The position numbers and the translations under genes were made by a program. Positions 1-9,302 of a stretch of DNA of 64,000 nucleotides are shown here, piece after piece. Under the pieces are notes generated by a model that had not been told where the DNA came from, did no database searches, and saw only the letters and a program-made list of their open reading frames with translations. The stretch covers positions 128,001 through 192,000 of the forward strand of contig CBDCVR010000014.1 of NCBI GenBank assembly GCA_965223155.1, written 5' to 3'. Every line of letters begins with the position of its first letter. Positions within the stretch are counted from its first letter, which is position 1. The DNA comes from Candidatus Multivoradales bacterium. Lineage in GTDB: Bacteria; Acidobacteriota; Thermoanaerobaculia; Multivoradales; JAHEKO01.

Positions 1-457
1 CCCCCATCGCGATGATCATGAATGCCAACACCCCAAGGACCAGCCTCGGGTGCTCCTTCCACAGCGAAGAAGCGAACGCCAGCACCAAGATGCCAAGTGG
101 ATACAGAAAGACGCCTGGCAAGGTTCGCTCTGCGGTCAGGCGATTGGCGCGGGCGACGACCTGTCGCCACTCCTCCCGATCCAGCTCCGCCGGCCGCCGC
201 GGCACCCAACCGATTTGCAGCCAGGAAGACATGCGCCCTTATATCAGGGTTGGGCGGACGCCGGCGCGACGGATCACGGCGGCCTCAGCTTGAACCGCTC
301 CCGAGCGGTCCGGACACACACCCGAGCCGATCACGGAGGTAAGATATCCCTCCACCGACGGCGACAAGCCGGCGCAACGCGACGCGGAGTCGCGTCCACC
401 ATCGCGCCGCGGACCCAGGCGGAGCCGCGCGCATTTCTTCAGAACCGGGAGGAGCGA

Positions 458-1831
458 GTGATTCTCAAGACAACAGCCCTTCGCAACGGCGTTCTGCTTA
501 CTGCAGCGGTCATCCTGCTGACGGGCACGGCGAACGCCGATCCGATCTTTCCCCACGAGGTACACGAGAAGACCCTGGACAACGGTCTCCAGGTGGTTTC
601 CGTGCCCTACGACAGTCCGGGCACGGTTGCGTTCATGATCGTCGTGCGGACCGGTTCCCGCGACGAGGTCGAGCCCGGCCACAGCGGTTTCGCCCACTTC
701 TTCGAGCACATGATGTTCCGGGGCACGGACCGCTACTCGGGCGACGAGTACAACGACGTCTTGAAGCGCATGGGCGCCGACTCCAACGCCTCGACATCCG
801 ACGACCGCACCCGCTACTACATCATCGGCCCCTCGGCCGAGCTCGAGACCATGATGGACGTCGAGTCCGATCGCTTCAAGAACCTGAAGTACAGCGAGGA
901 GGACTTTCGCCGCGAGGCTCTCGCGGTTCTGGGCGAGTACAACAAGAACATCTCGAACCCGTTCTTGCCGATGTACGAGACCATGCGCGAGCTGGCCTTT
1001 ACCGAGCACACCTACGGGCATACCACCATGGGCTACCTCGAAGACATCAAGGCCATGCCCGGCTACTACGACTACAGCTTGTCCTTCTTCGACCGCTTCT
1101 ACCGGCCGGAGAACTGCAGCGTCGTCGTGGTGGGCGACGCCCAACCCGATGCCGTCTTCGACCTTGCCGATCGCTACTGGGGCGACTGGGAGACCGGCTA
1201 CGAAGCGCCCGAGATCCAGTCCGAGGCGCCGCAGACCGAAGCGCGCGAGGCCTCGATCGACTGGCCGGGCCCGATCAGCCCGCACCTGATGGTCGGCTAC
1301 CGCGCCCCCGCCTTTTCCGACTCGGGAGTCGAGACGGCGGCGCTCGACCTGCTGTCCCAGTTGCTCTTCAGCGAATCGGCGCCTCTATACCAGAAGCTGG
1401 TGGTCGAGGAGCAGTGGGTCGATTTCGTCTCGGGCAGCTACTCGGACCACCGCGATCCCTATCTCTTCATGATCTACACCCGGGTGAAGTCGGAAGAGCT
1501 GATCCCAAAGGTCCTGGCCGCGATCGACGAGGCCCTCAGCGAGGCTCAGACGATGCCCGTGGATGGGGACAAACTCGAGCGCATCAAGTCGCACCTGAAG
1601 TACCAGTTCGCCTTGAGCCTGGACACTCCGGGCGCCATCGCCTTCATGATGACCAGCTATTTGACGCTGACCGGCGACACCAACACGGTCAACAACGTCT
1701 ACGAGCAGTACCAGAAAGTGACGCCCGAGGACATCCAGGCGATCGCCCGCAAGGTATTCACCGAAACCAACCGCACCCGCGTCACCCTCGGCCATAGCCC
1801 GGCCGACGACGACGCGTCTGAAAGTCGCTAG
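458..1831 (+). CDS. M16 family zinc peptidase, catalytic subunit, secreted
   Basis: Inverted zinc motif HFFEH (GFAHFFEHMMFRGT) and LDNGL...GSRDE. Likely start is GTG 458 after GGAGGAG, followed by a signal peptide; the ORF track extends to 50. Confidence 0.93.
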   Translation: MILKTTALRNGVLLTAAVILLTGTANADPIFPHEVHEKTLDNGLQVVSVPYDSPGTVAFMIVVRTGSRDEVEPGHSGFAHFFEHMMFRGTDRYSGDEYNDVLKRMGADSNASTSDDRTRYYIIGPSAELETMMDVESDRFKNLKYSEEDFRREALAVLGEYNKNISNPFLPMYETMRELAFTEHTYGHTTMGYLEDIKAMPGYYDYSLSFFDRFYRPENCSVVVVGDAQPDAVFDLADRYWGDWETGYEAPEIQSEAPQTEAREASIDWPGPISPHLMVGYRAPAFSDSGVETAALDLLSQLLFSESAPLYQKLVVEEQWVDFVSGSYSDHRDPYLFMIYTRVKSEELIPKVLAAIDEALSEAQTMPVDGDKLERIKSHLKYQFALSLDTPGAIAFMMTSYLTLTGDTNTVNNVYEQYQKVTPEDIQAIARKVFTETNRTRVTLGHSPADDDASESR

Positions 1832-1841
1832 GAGGGACTCC

Positions 1842-3485
1842 ATGACCCAACTCGCACGAATCTTCCGCGGCGTGACCCCACTGGTTGCGCTCGCCGCCCT
1901 TCTGACCTCAGCCTGCGCCTCGTCCGGCGGCCTGCGCTCGGCGCGCTCCGCCTCGGCCGAGAGCGCATCCGACAGCGACCGCGCCACCCTGTCCCAGCCG
2001 GCCGAGACCAAGCCCGACGAGAGCAAGGTCCCGGCCGAAGCCGCGGACTCGCCTATCCAGCTCGTCGCCCTGCCGAGCCCAGGGTCGCCGATCGTGGCCA
2101 TCCGGCTCCAGTTCGCCGCCGGCTCGATCTACGACCCGGCCGGCAAGGAAGGTCTGGCCCATCTGACCGGTCTCATGTTGGGCCAGTCGGCGACCGGCAA
2201 GCGCTCCTTCAAAGAGTTGGTGGACGCCCTCTACCCGATGGCGGCTTCGATCGACGTGGCCACCGACCGCGAGGTCACGGTGTTCAGCGGCGAGGTACAC
2301 CGGGACACCCTCGACGAGTACGTGGGTCTCCTGCTGGAGGCGCTCCTGGATCCAGCCTTCGCCAAGGACGACTTCGCCCGCCACAAGGCGCAGCAGGGAG
2401 CGTTTCTCACCAACACGCTGCGCGCTTCGAATGACGAGCTCCTGGGCCTCGAAGCCATCCAGCAGGTGATCTTCTCCGACCATCCCTACGGCCACGCTCC
2501 GCAGGGCACGATCCAGGGCCTGGCCGCGATCACCCTCGACGATGTCCGGAACTTCTACCGGTCCCACTACTCTCGAGACAAGCTCGTGCTGGGTCTGGCC
2601 GGCGGCTATCCGGACTCGCTCCCCGGCGACCTCCAGGCCAAGCTGGCAAGCCTGCCGGCGGGAGGCCAGGGTCGCGGCGATCTCGACCTGCCCTCTGTGG
2701 ATCGCCCCGAGGGACGGCAGTTCGTCCTCATCGACAAGCCCACCGACTCGGTCGGCATTCACATTGGCTACCCGCTGTCCATCAACCGGTCGCATCCGGA
2801 CTACTACCCGCTCATGGTCGCCAACAGCTTCCTGGGCGAGCATCGGACCTTCCACGGCCGGCTGATGAAGCAGCTCCGCGGCAAGCGAGGCCTCAACTAC
2901 GGGGACTACTCCTACATCGAGTACTGGCACCTGCCGCCTTTCACCAGCAACCCCAGTCCCAACTTCCCTCGCCGCCAGCAGTTCTTCTCCGTCTGGATCC
3001 GGCCGGTCGTTCCCAACACGGCGCACTTCGCCCTGCGCAACGCCCTCTATGAGGTCGACCGCTTGATCCAGAACGGCATGACCCAGGAGGAGTTCGAGCT
3101 GACCCGCGACTTCGTGGTCAACTACTCCAAGCTCTGGGCGCAGAGCCCGTCGAACCGGCTGGGCTTCGCCATGGACAGCCACTTCTACGGCATCGACTAC
3201 TACATCGACCGGATCGAGGATGAGCTTGCCAAGCTGAGCGTCGAGGACGTCAACGAGGCCATCGAGCGGCACATTCAGACGGACAGCTTCCACGCGGTCT
3301 TCGTTACCGCCGGAGCCGACAAGGTCCGGTCCTACCTCGAGGCCGACGAGCCGAGTCCGATGGAGTACAACGCTCCGCCCGAGGCGGACGTCGTCCGGGC
3401 GGACAAGACCATCCAGCGCATCCCGGTGGAGCCGGACGCGTTCGAGATCGTGCCGGTCCAGGCGATGTTCGAGGGTGGCAACTAG
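1842..3485 (+). CDS. M16 family peptidase, non-catalytic partner subunit, probable lipoprotein
   Basis: GSIYDPAGKEGLAHLTG (degenerate HxxEH), LRGKRGLNYG motif, lipobox LTSAC; adjacent to the catalytic subunit. Confidence 0.88.
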   Translation: MTQLARIFRGVTPLVALAALLTSACASSGGLRSARSASAESASDSDRATLSQPAETKPDESKVPAEAADSPIQLVALPSPGSPIVAIRLQFAAGSIYDPAGKEGLAHLTGLMLGQSATGKRSFKELVDALYPMAASIDVATDREVTVFSGEVHRDTLDEYVGLLLEALLDPAFAKDDFARHKAQQGAFLTNTLRASNDELLGLEAIQQVIFSDHPYGHAPQGTIQGLAAITLDDVRNFYRSHYSRDKLVLGLAGGYPDSLPGDLQAKLASLPAGGQGRGDLDLPSVDRPEGRQFVLIDKPTDSVGIHIGYPLSINRSHPDYYPLMVANSFLGEHRTFHGRLMKQLRGKRGLNYGDYSYIEYWHLPPFTSNPSPNFPRRQQFFSVWIRPVVPNTAHFALRNALYEVDRLIQNGMTQEEFELTRDFVVNYSKLWAQSPSNRLGFAMDSHFYGIDYYIDRIEDELAKLSVEDVNEAIERHIQTDSFHAVFVTAGADKVRSYLEADEPSPMEYNAPPEADVVRADKTIQRIPVEPDAFEIVPVQAMFEGGN

Positions 3486-3510
3486 GGCCTGGCAAGACAA
3501 CCGTTTTCCC

Positions 3511-3545
3511 GGCCGCCCCGCTCGTGCGGGGCGGCCTTTTCTTTT
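3511..3545 (+). terminator. Rho-independent terminator
   Basis: Perfect 11-bp stem GGCCGCCCCGC/GCGGGGCGGCC, 4-nt loop, then TTTTCTTTT. Confidence 0.85.
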
Positions 3546-3548
3546 CCC

Positions 3549-3743
3549 GTGACTGACGCCAGCCCGATCCACACGGCGATCCTGGACTGCCCGTACTGCG
3601 GCGAGCCGGTAGCGCTTGCCGTCGAGGCCGACGTCGTCGGGGTCCTCGTGCAGGACTGCGAGGTGTGCTGCAACCCGTGGCAGGTCACGGTTCGGCGGCG
3701 GGCGAACTCGGTCGAGGTCGAGGCCGCCCGCCTGGACGACTAG
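3549..3743 (+). CDS. CPXCG motif-containing cysteine-rich small protein
   Basis: CPYCGE...QDCEVCCNPW pattern. Confidence 0.85.
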   Translation: MTDASPIHTAILDCPYCGEPVALAVEADVVGVLVQDCEVCCNPWQVTVRRRANSVEVEAARLDD

Positions 3744-3917
3744 AGGCCGGTCGGACGACGCGGCGGCTTCCAGGAGCGCACCGGGCGGGCGCAGTCATCT
3801 GGCTGGCTGGCTGGAAGACGCAGAGCGCCGCGGATGCCCCACGATCTTCAGCAGGACCAGGATGCGCTCCCGCGAGCCTCGGCGGGGTGAGACGATTAGG
3901 CTAGGAGGAAGACCGCA

Positions 3918-5108
3918 ATGACCGCAACCCCGGACCCGACCGACCCGACCGACCCGACCGACCCGAACGAATCGACGGAACCGACTGAACCGGCCGAACC
4001 GACTGATCCGGCAGACCCAAACGCTGTGGCCCCGGACCGAACCGAGTCGGACCGAACCGAGCCGGACCGAACCGAGCCGGATCGACCCGAGTCGGACCGA
4101 ACCGAGCCGGACCGAACCGAGCCGGACCCGGCCGCCGCCCCCGTTTCGGCACCAGGCGATCCCGGGATCGACCCATCCCAGACCGAGGATCGGGACTTGG
4201 GTTTCGGATCCGTGGTCGCCAGCTCCAGCCGGCGGCGGCTGCTCAACCGCGACGGCAGCTTCAACGTGGAACGGCACGGGCTGGGCTGGCGCACCACCCT
4301 GAGCCTGTACCACTCGCTCCTCGAGATGAGCTGGCCGCGGTTCACGGCGCTGGCGCTCGCCGCCTACCTGATCGTCAACGCCATCTTCGCCTGCGCCTAT
4401 GTAGCCGCCGGCCCGGGCGCCCTCGAAGGCATGCCCGCCGGCTCCGCCGGCGAGCGCTTTCTCCAGGGGTTCTTCTTCAGCGTGCACACGCTCTCGACCG
4501 TCGGCTACGGTCACATCGTGCCGGCAAGCCTGGCCGCGAATCTGCTGATGACGGTCGAAGCCATAGCTGGCCTCTTCGGGCTCGCCCTGGGCACGGGTCT
4601 CATCTTCGCTCGCTTCTCGCGGCCGCGGGCCAACATCGTGTTCAGCCGCGCTGCGATCATCGCTCCCTACCGGGGCGGCACGGCCTTCGAGTTCCGCCTC
4701 GCCAACCGGCGGCGCAACCAGCTCATCGATGTCGAGGCCAGAGTCCTCTTCAGCCGCCGAGAGCCAGCCGCGAACGGCCGCCTCAAGCGCAACTTCTACC
4801 AGCTCGACCTGGAGCGCCGGCGGGTCACGTTCTTTCCCCTGGCCTGGACCATCGTCCACCCGATTGACGAGACCAGTCCGCTCTGGCGGGTCACGCCCGA
4901 GGAGCTCGTAGCCAGCGATCCCGAGTTTCTGGTGCTACTGACAGGTATCGACGAGACCTTCTCGCAGATCGTGCACGCCCGCACCTCGTACAAGGCCGAC
5001 GAGGTTGTCTGGCAGGCCCGCTTCACCAACATCTTCAAACGCTCCGACCCAAACGCGCCTCTGGCGGTAGACGTCAGCCGGATTCACGAGATCAAGCCCG
5101 CAGCCTAG
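3918..5108 (+). CDS. Inward-rectifier potassium channel (KirBac-like)
   Basis: Filter TVGYG in FFFSVHTLSTVGYG, ARFSRP, WTIVHPIDETSPL; AGGAGG before the ATG. Confidence 0.93.
   Translation: MTATPDPTDPTDPTDPNESTEPTEPAEPTDPADPNAVAPDRTESDRTEPDRTEPDRPESDRTEPDRTEPDPAAAPVSAPGDPGIDPSQTEDRDLGFGSVVASSSRRRLLNRDGSFNVERHGLGWRTTLSLYHSLLEMSWPRFTALALAAYLIVNAIFACAYVAAGPGALEGMPAGSAGERFLQGFFFSVHTLSTVGYGHIVPASLAANLLMTVEAIAGLFGLALGTGLIFARFSRPRANIVFSRAAIIAPYRGGTAFEFRLANRRRNQLIDVEARVLFSRREPAANGRLKRNFYQLDLERRRVTFFPLAWTIVHPIDETSPLWRVTPEELVASDPEFLVLLTGIDETFSQIVHARTSYKADEVVWQARFTNIFKRSDPNAPLAVDVSRIHEIKPAA
3933..4128 (+). repeat. Coding tandem repeats (9-bp DPT units, then six 15-bp [P/S]DRTE units) in the channel N-terminus
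   Basis: GACCCGACC units at about 3933-3965 and CCGGACCGAACCGAG-like units at 4032-4121. Confidence 0.85.
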
Positions 5109-5120
5109 CTGCCCGCGGCC

Positions 5121-6173
5121 TCAGCGCAGCAGAAACCCATCCCCCAGGGGATCCCCGGGACTCAAGACGAAGCGGTGCCGGCCGGTCCGGTGGGCGGTGC
5201 CGAAAACCTCGGGAACCACCGCCGCGAGACCGCCGAACTCGGTTCGCCCTCGCACGGTCACCTGAAAGCGAGTCCCGATCAAGCTCTCGATCACGATCGA
5301 CTCCCCCACCGCCAGCTCGCCCCGCAGGCTATGGATCGCCGCCCGCCCGCTCACCCCGGTGCCGGTGGGCGACCGATCGACTTCGCCGTCGGCGAAGACG
5401 CAGACGTTGCGGCTGTGGACGCCGTCCGCACCACCTGGCTGGACGAAGATCGTCCCGTATAGAAACTCCAGCTCGCCGGCATGGTCGCCGCCGAAGTCCT
5501 CCGGTGGCGCCGGATGGCGAATCGGGACTTGGCCGGCCACCGCCTGCTTGATGGCCCGGCCCAGGCGCACGATCTCGGACAAGTTCTCCCGAACGAGCGC
5601 GAGGCCCAGCTCCGGCGCCTCCAGGTAGGCGTAGTACGCGCCCCCAAACGCGACGTCGCAGCGCACTTCCCCGAGTCCGGGCACGGTGACGCGACGGTCA
5701 CGCGCCAGCACGAACGACGGCACGTTCCGGAAGCTGGCCGCTCCCGGCTCGCCGTCCCGCCCGGCGGTAGCGGTGACGCGTCCAGCCGGGGTGTCGAACC
5801 GAATCGTGGGACCGTCGAACCAGCCCGCCTCGACCCCGACCGCGGCCAAGGCCAGGATGCCGTGGCCGCACATCGTGCTAAATCCCTCGTTGTGGAAGAA
5901 GAGCACCCCGACGTCGCCGTCCGGCGTGACCGGCTCGGTTAGAAAGCAGCCATACATGTCGGCGTGGCCCCGAGGCTCGAAGACCAGGAAACGGCGCAAG
6001 CCGTCCAGCCGCCGCTCTGCCCAGATTCGCTTCTCGAGCATGGAGGCTCCCGGTATCGGCCCCGGATCCGGATGGATCGAGCGCACGATCCGGAGCGGCT
6101 CGCCGGCGGTGTGGGCATCGACCGTCTCGACTTCGAGCGGCCCGGGGCCGCCAAGTAACCGCTCCGAGCTCAT
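5121..6173 (-). CDS. Proline racemase family, probable trans-3-hydroxy-L-proline dehydratase
   Basis: DAHTAGEP, EPRGH, MCGH and DRSPTGTG (Cys/Thr pair). Start MSSERLL overlaps the stop of the upstream gene. Confidence 0.88.
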   Translation of the reverse strand: MSSERLLGGPGPLEVETVDAHTAGEPLRIVRSIHPDPGPIPGASMLEKRIWAERRLDGLRRFLVFEPRGHADMYGCFLTEPVTPDGDVGVLFFHNEGFSTMCGHGILALAAVGVEAGWFDGPTIRFDTPAGRVTATAGRDGEPGAASFRNVPSFVLARDRRVTVPGLGEVRCDVAFGGAYYAYLEAPELGLALVRENLSEIVRLGRAIKQAVAGQVPIRHPAPPEDFGGDHAGELEFLYGTIFVQPGGADGVHSRNVCVFADGEVDRSPTGTGVSGRAAIHSLRGELAVGESIVIESLIGTRFQVTVRGRTEFGGLAAVVPEVFGTAHRTGRHRFVLSPGDPLGDGFLLR

Positions 6174-7162
6174 CGCATTCGCACCTCGACCCCCAGGTCG
6201 CGCTTGGCGCAGGCGTCGTAGACGGCGGCGGCGGCATAGAGGTCCTGCACGGCGTGGCCGACCGACTTGAACAGAGTGATCTCGTCGGCGGATCGCCGGC
6301 CCGGCCTGCGGCCGGCGGCGACGTCTCCGATCTGGGTCCACACCGCGGGCCGGGACTCGCCGGCGGCGACCGCCGCGATCAACTCCCCGGCCTCCTCGAG
6401 GGCCGCTGCGGGCGAGTCCATGAAGACTCGGGCGCGAGCGACCGCCGCAATGTCCAGTTCGCGCATCCCCGGGGTAAAGCTGCCGATGGCGTTGACGTGA
6501 CAGCCGGCCGGGAGTTCGGACCCGAAGAGCACCGGCTCGCCGGCACTGGTGACCGTGGTCACGACGTCCGCCTGCCGCACCGCCGGCGCCAGGTCGGCCA
6601 CGACCTCGAGCCGGGCTTCGACCTCGCCGGCGACCCTGGCGACCAGGGCCTCGGCGCTTTCCTGGGTGCGGTTGAAGACCCCGATGACCTCCAGTGCTCG
6701 CGCGGCGTCGAGCGCCAGGATCTGGCTCCGTGCCTGGCCGCCGGCTCCCACCACCAGCCCCGTTCGGGCGTCTGGCGGCGCCAGCAGGCGGGTGGCCAGG
6801 CCCGCAGCCGCGCCGGTACGAAGCGCGGTCACCGCCGCGCCCTCGAGCACCGCCACCGGAGCGCCGCTGCGGGTCTCCTGGAGCAGGACAAGACCCTGGA
6901 TCGCGGGCTTTCCCCGGCTCGGATTCTCCGGCACCACGGACAGAACTTTGACCGCCAGACCGGCTTTGGGGGAGGTCGCCGGCATCACCAGTCCGACCGC
7001 GCCCGATCCAGCCGAGTCGGCTTCCAGCGGCAGCGCCAGGCGCTGTGGCACCGTCGCCGCGCCACTCGAAAGCGCCGCGAAGGCCTCGGCCATGACGTCG
7101 ATCGCTGACGCCATCGGCAACGCGGCCTCGACCTCGGCCGCAGCCAGCACTCGGAGCCTCAT
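6170..7162 (-). CDS. Ornithine cyclodeaminase/mu-crystallin family, probable pyrroline-2-carboxylate reductase
   Basis: TALRTGAA, GAGGQA, HVNAIGS, TLFKSVGHAVQD. Confidence 0.9.
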   Translation of the reverse strand: MRLRVLAAAEVEAALPMASAIDVMAEAFAALSSGAATVPQRLALPLEADSAGSGAVGLVMPATSPKAGLAVKVLSVVPENPSRGKPAIQGLVLLQETRSGAPVAVLEGAAVTALRTGAAAGLATRLLAPPDARTGLVVGAGGQARSQILALDAARALEVIGVFNRTQESAEALVARVAGEVEARLEVVADLAPAVRQADVVTTVTSAGEPVLFGSELPAGCHVNAIGSFTPGMRELDIAAVARARVFMDSPAAALEEAGELIAAVAAGESRPAVWTQIGDVAAGRRPGRRSADEITLFKSVGHAVQDLYAAAAVYDACAKRDLGVEVRMR

Positions 7163-7216
7163 CGCCCGACGAGACTAGCAGCGTGGAGCGGCCGATCCTT
7201 GCTATCTTGGGCGCCC

Positions 7217-8551
7217 ATGAGCACGCTTTCGACCATTGTCAAGCGCTCGGGCGAGATCGTCCCTTTCGACGCCGAGAAGATCACGGTGGCCATCTACAAG
7301 GCCGGAGCCGCGCTCGGGAACCACGATCGCGAGCTGGCGGAGACACTAAGCCAAAAGGTGATCGCGGCCGCCGAAGCCACCTACTCCGCCGAACTGCCGC
7401 CGACGGTCGAGAACGTCCAGGACATCGTCGAGCGGGTCCTGATCCGGGACGGCCACGCCGAGATCGCCAAGGCCTATATCGTCTATCGCCACGAGCGCGC
7501 CCAGATGCGAAGCCTCCAGGAGACCGGACGCCTGGAGACGATCCCGTACAAGCTCATGTGGCAGGCGCTCGACTGGGCGGTCGAGAACGAGTGCCATACC
7601 GTCGAGCACCTCAACGCGACCATCGGTGCCGGCGGGTTGCCGGATCTCATCGCCAAGGCGGACGGCTTCTACGACGCCATGATCGAGGCGGCCGCCGAAG
7701 CCATCCTGGAACGCCGCGGCGAGCTGCGCTTCGTCATCGTCTCGGGACCCAGCTCCTCGGGCAAGACCACGACCACGATGAAGCTACGCGACCGGCTCGA
7801 AGCCGAAGGGCTCCACGTCATCCCGATGGGTCTCGACAACTACTTCTTCGATCTGGAGCTTCATCCCAAGGACGAATTCGGGGACTACGACTTCGAGACG
7901 CCCGAGGCCCTGGACCTGCGCTTGATCAACCGGCATCTGGCCGCCGTCGATCGCGGCGAGGCGATCGAGATGCCCACCTACGACTTCAAGACCGGCAAGC
8001 GCACCGAGACCACCAGCCGCTTCCGGCCCGAGCCCGACAGCCTGGTCCTTCTGGACAACTTGCACGGCCTCTACGACGGTCTGACGGAGAGCGTCGCCGA
8101 GGGCCGCAAGTTCAAGATCTACATCGAGACCATCAGCCAGCTCAAGAACCTGGACGGCAACTACATCCGCTGGACCGACATCCGGCTATTGCGGCGCATG
8201 CTGCGCGACAGCCAGTTCCGGGGCTACCCTCCCGAGAAGACCATCCTGCACTGGCACTACGTGCGCCGGAGCGAGCTCAAGCACATCATCCCGTATCAGG
8301 CTCGTGCCGACTACCAGGTCAACAGCGCGTTGCCCTACGAACTGCCGTTCCTGAAGGCCCGCCTGTTTCCGCACCTCGAGCCGTTCCTGGAGACCCACCG
8401 GGGCGACGAGCGGCATCTCGACGGCTACCTGCGGGCGCGGCGGCTCCATCGGCTCTTGAAATCCATCGAAACCGTGGACGACGACTCGCTGGTGCCGCCG
8501 ACGTCCCTGCTGCGCGAGTTCTTGGGTGGCAGCGCCTACCAGGTCCACTGA
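7217..8551 (+). CDS. ATP-cone domain plus uridine kinase/phosphoribulokinase-like P-loop protein
   Basis: N-terminal IVKRSGEIVPFDAEKI...VENVQDIVE...AKAYIVYR; Walker A SGPSSSGKTT; DFETPEALD; RLLRRMLRD. Confidence 0.85.
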   Translation: MSTLSTIVKRSGEIVPFDAEKITVAIYKAGAALGNHDRELAETLSQKVIAAAEATYSAELPPTVENVQDIVERVLIRDGHAEIAKAYIVYRHERAQMRSLQETGRLETIPYKLMWQALDWAVENECHTVEHLNATIGAGGLPDLIAKADGFYDAMIEAAAEAILERRGELRFVIVSGPSSSGKTTTTMKLRDRLEAEGLHVIPMGLDNYFFDLELHPKDEFGDYDFETPEALDLRLINRHLAAVDRGEAIEMPTYDFKTGKRTETTSRFRPEPDSLVLLDNLHGLYDGLTESVAEGRKFKIYIETISQLKNLDGNYIRWTDIRLLRRMLRDSQFRGYPPEKTILHWHYVRRSELKHIIPYQARADYQVNSALPYELPFLKARLFPHLEPFLETHRGDERHLDGYLRARRLHRLLKSIETVDDDSLVPPTSLLREFLGGSAYQVH

Positions 8552-9302
8552 CCTGCAGCTCGGGTCGCCGGCGGAGCCGCTGATTCGGGTCCGGGATCTC
8601 ACCAAGACCTACCTCGAGGGCACGAAGCGGCACGCGGTCCTGGAAGGGGCCGCACTGGACGTCGAGCGCGGCGAGCTGATCGCCATCCTTGGAAGGAGCG
8701 GTTCTGGGAAGTCGACCCTGCTCCACTTGCTGGCCGGCCTCGATCTCCCGGACGCCGGCAGCATCCACATCGCGGGTACCGATCTGCCGGCGCTGTCGGA
8801 AACCCAGCGCACCGTCTTTCGCCGGCGCCACATTGGCCTGGTCTTCCAATTCTTCAACCTTGTGCCGACCTTGACGGTCTCGCAGAACCTGCTGTTGCCC
8901 CTGGAGCTCACCGCCGGTTTGGGAGCAGCAGAGCGGGCCCGCGCCGCGGGGATCCTGGAACAGGTCGGGCTCGGCAACCGAGCCTCGAGCTATCCGGAGC
9001 GCCTCTCGGGCGGCGAGCAGCAGCGGGTGGCGATCGCGCGGGCCCTGGTCCACCGTCCCCACCTGATCCTGGCCGATGAGCCCACGGGCAACCTGGATGC
9101 CGATACCGCCGCCGAGATCCTGGCCCTGCTGGAACGGCTGGTGCGCGACGAAGGACGGACCCTGGTCATGGCGACCCACAGCCGCGGCGCCCTCGAGAGC
9201 ACCGACCGGGTCCTGAAGATCGACCACGGCCGGGTCGTGGAAACCGGGACCGATCCGGCCGGTTCCCTCGATTCGACCGGCGAAAGCGGGACAGGCCCCT
9301 GA
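8526..9302 (+). CDS. ABC transporter ATP-binding protein (LolD/MacB-like)
   Basis: [33 protein letters not shown]. Exact start uncertain. Confidence 0.93.
   Translation: MAAPTRSTDLQLGSPAEPLIRVRDLTKTYLEGTKRHAVLEGAALDVERGELIAILGRSGSGKSTLLHLLAGLDLPDAGSIHIAGTDLPALSETQRTVFRRRHIGLVFQFFNLVPTLTVSQNLLLPLELTAGLGAAERARAAGILEQVGLGNRASSYPERLSGGEQQRVAIARALVHRPHLILADEPTGNLDADTAAEILALLERLVRDEGRTLVMATHSRGALESTDRVLKIDHGRVVETGTDPAGSLDSTGESGTGP

Noticed and set aside
3933-4128. Short repeats as a CRISPR array
   Set aside because: They are in-frame tandem coding units with no unique spacers and no cas genes.
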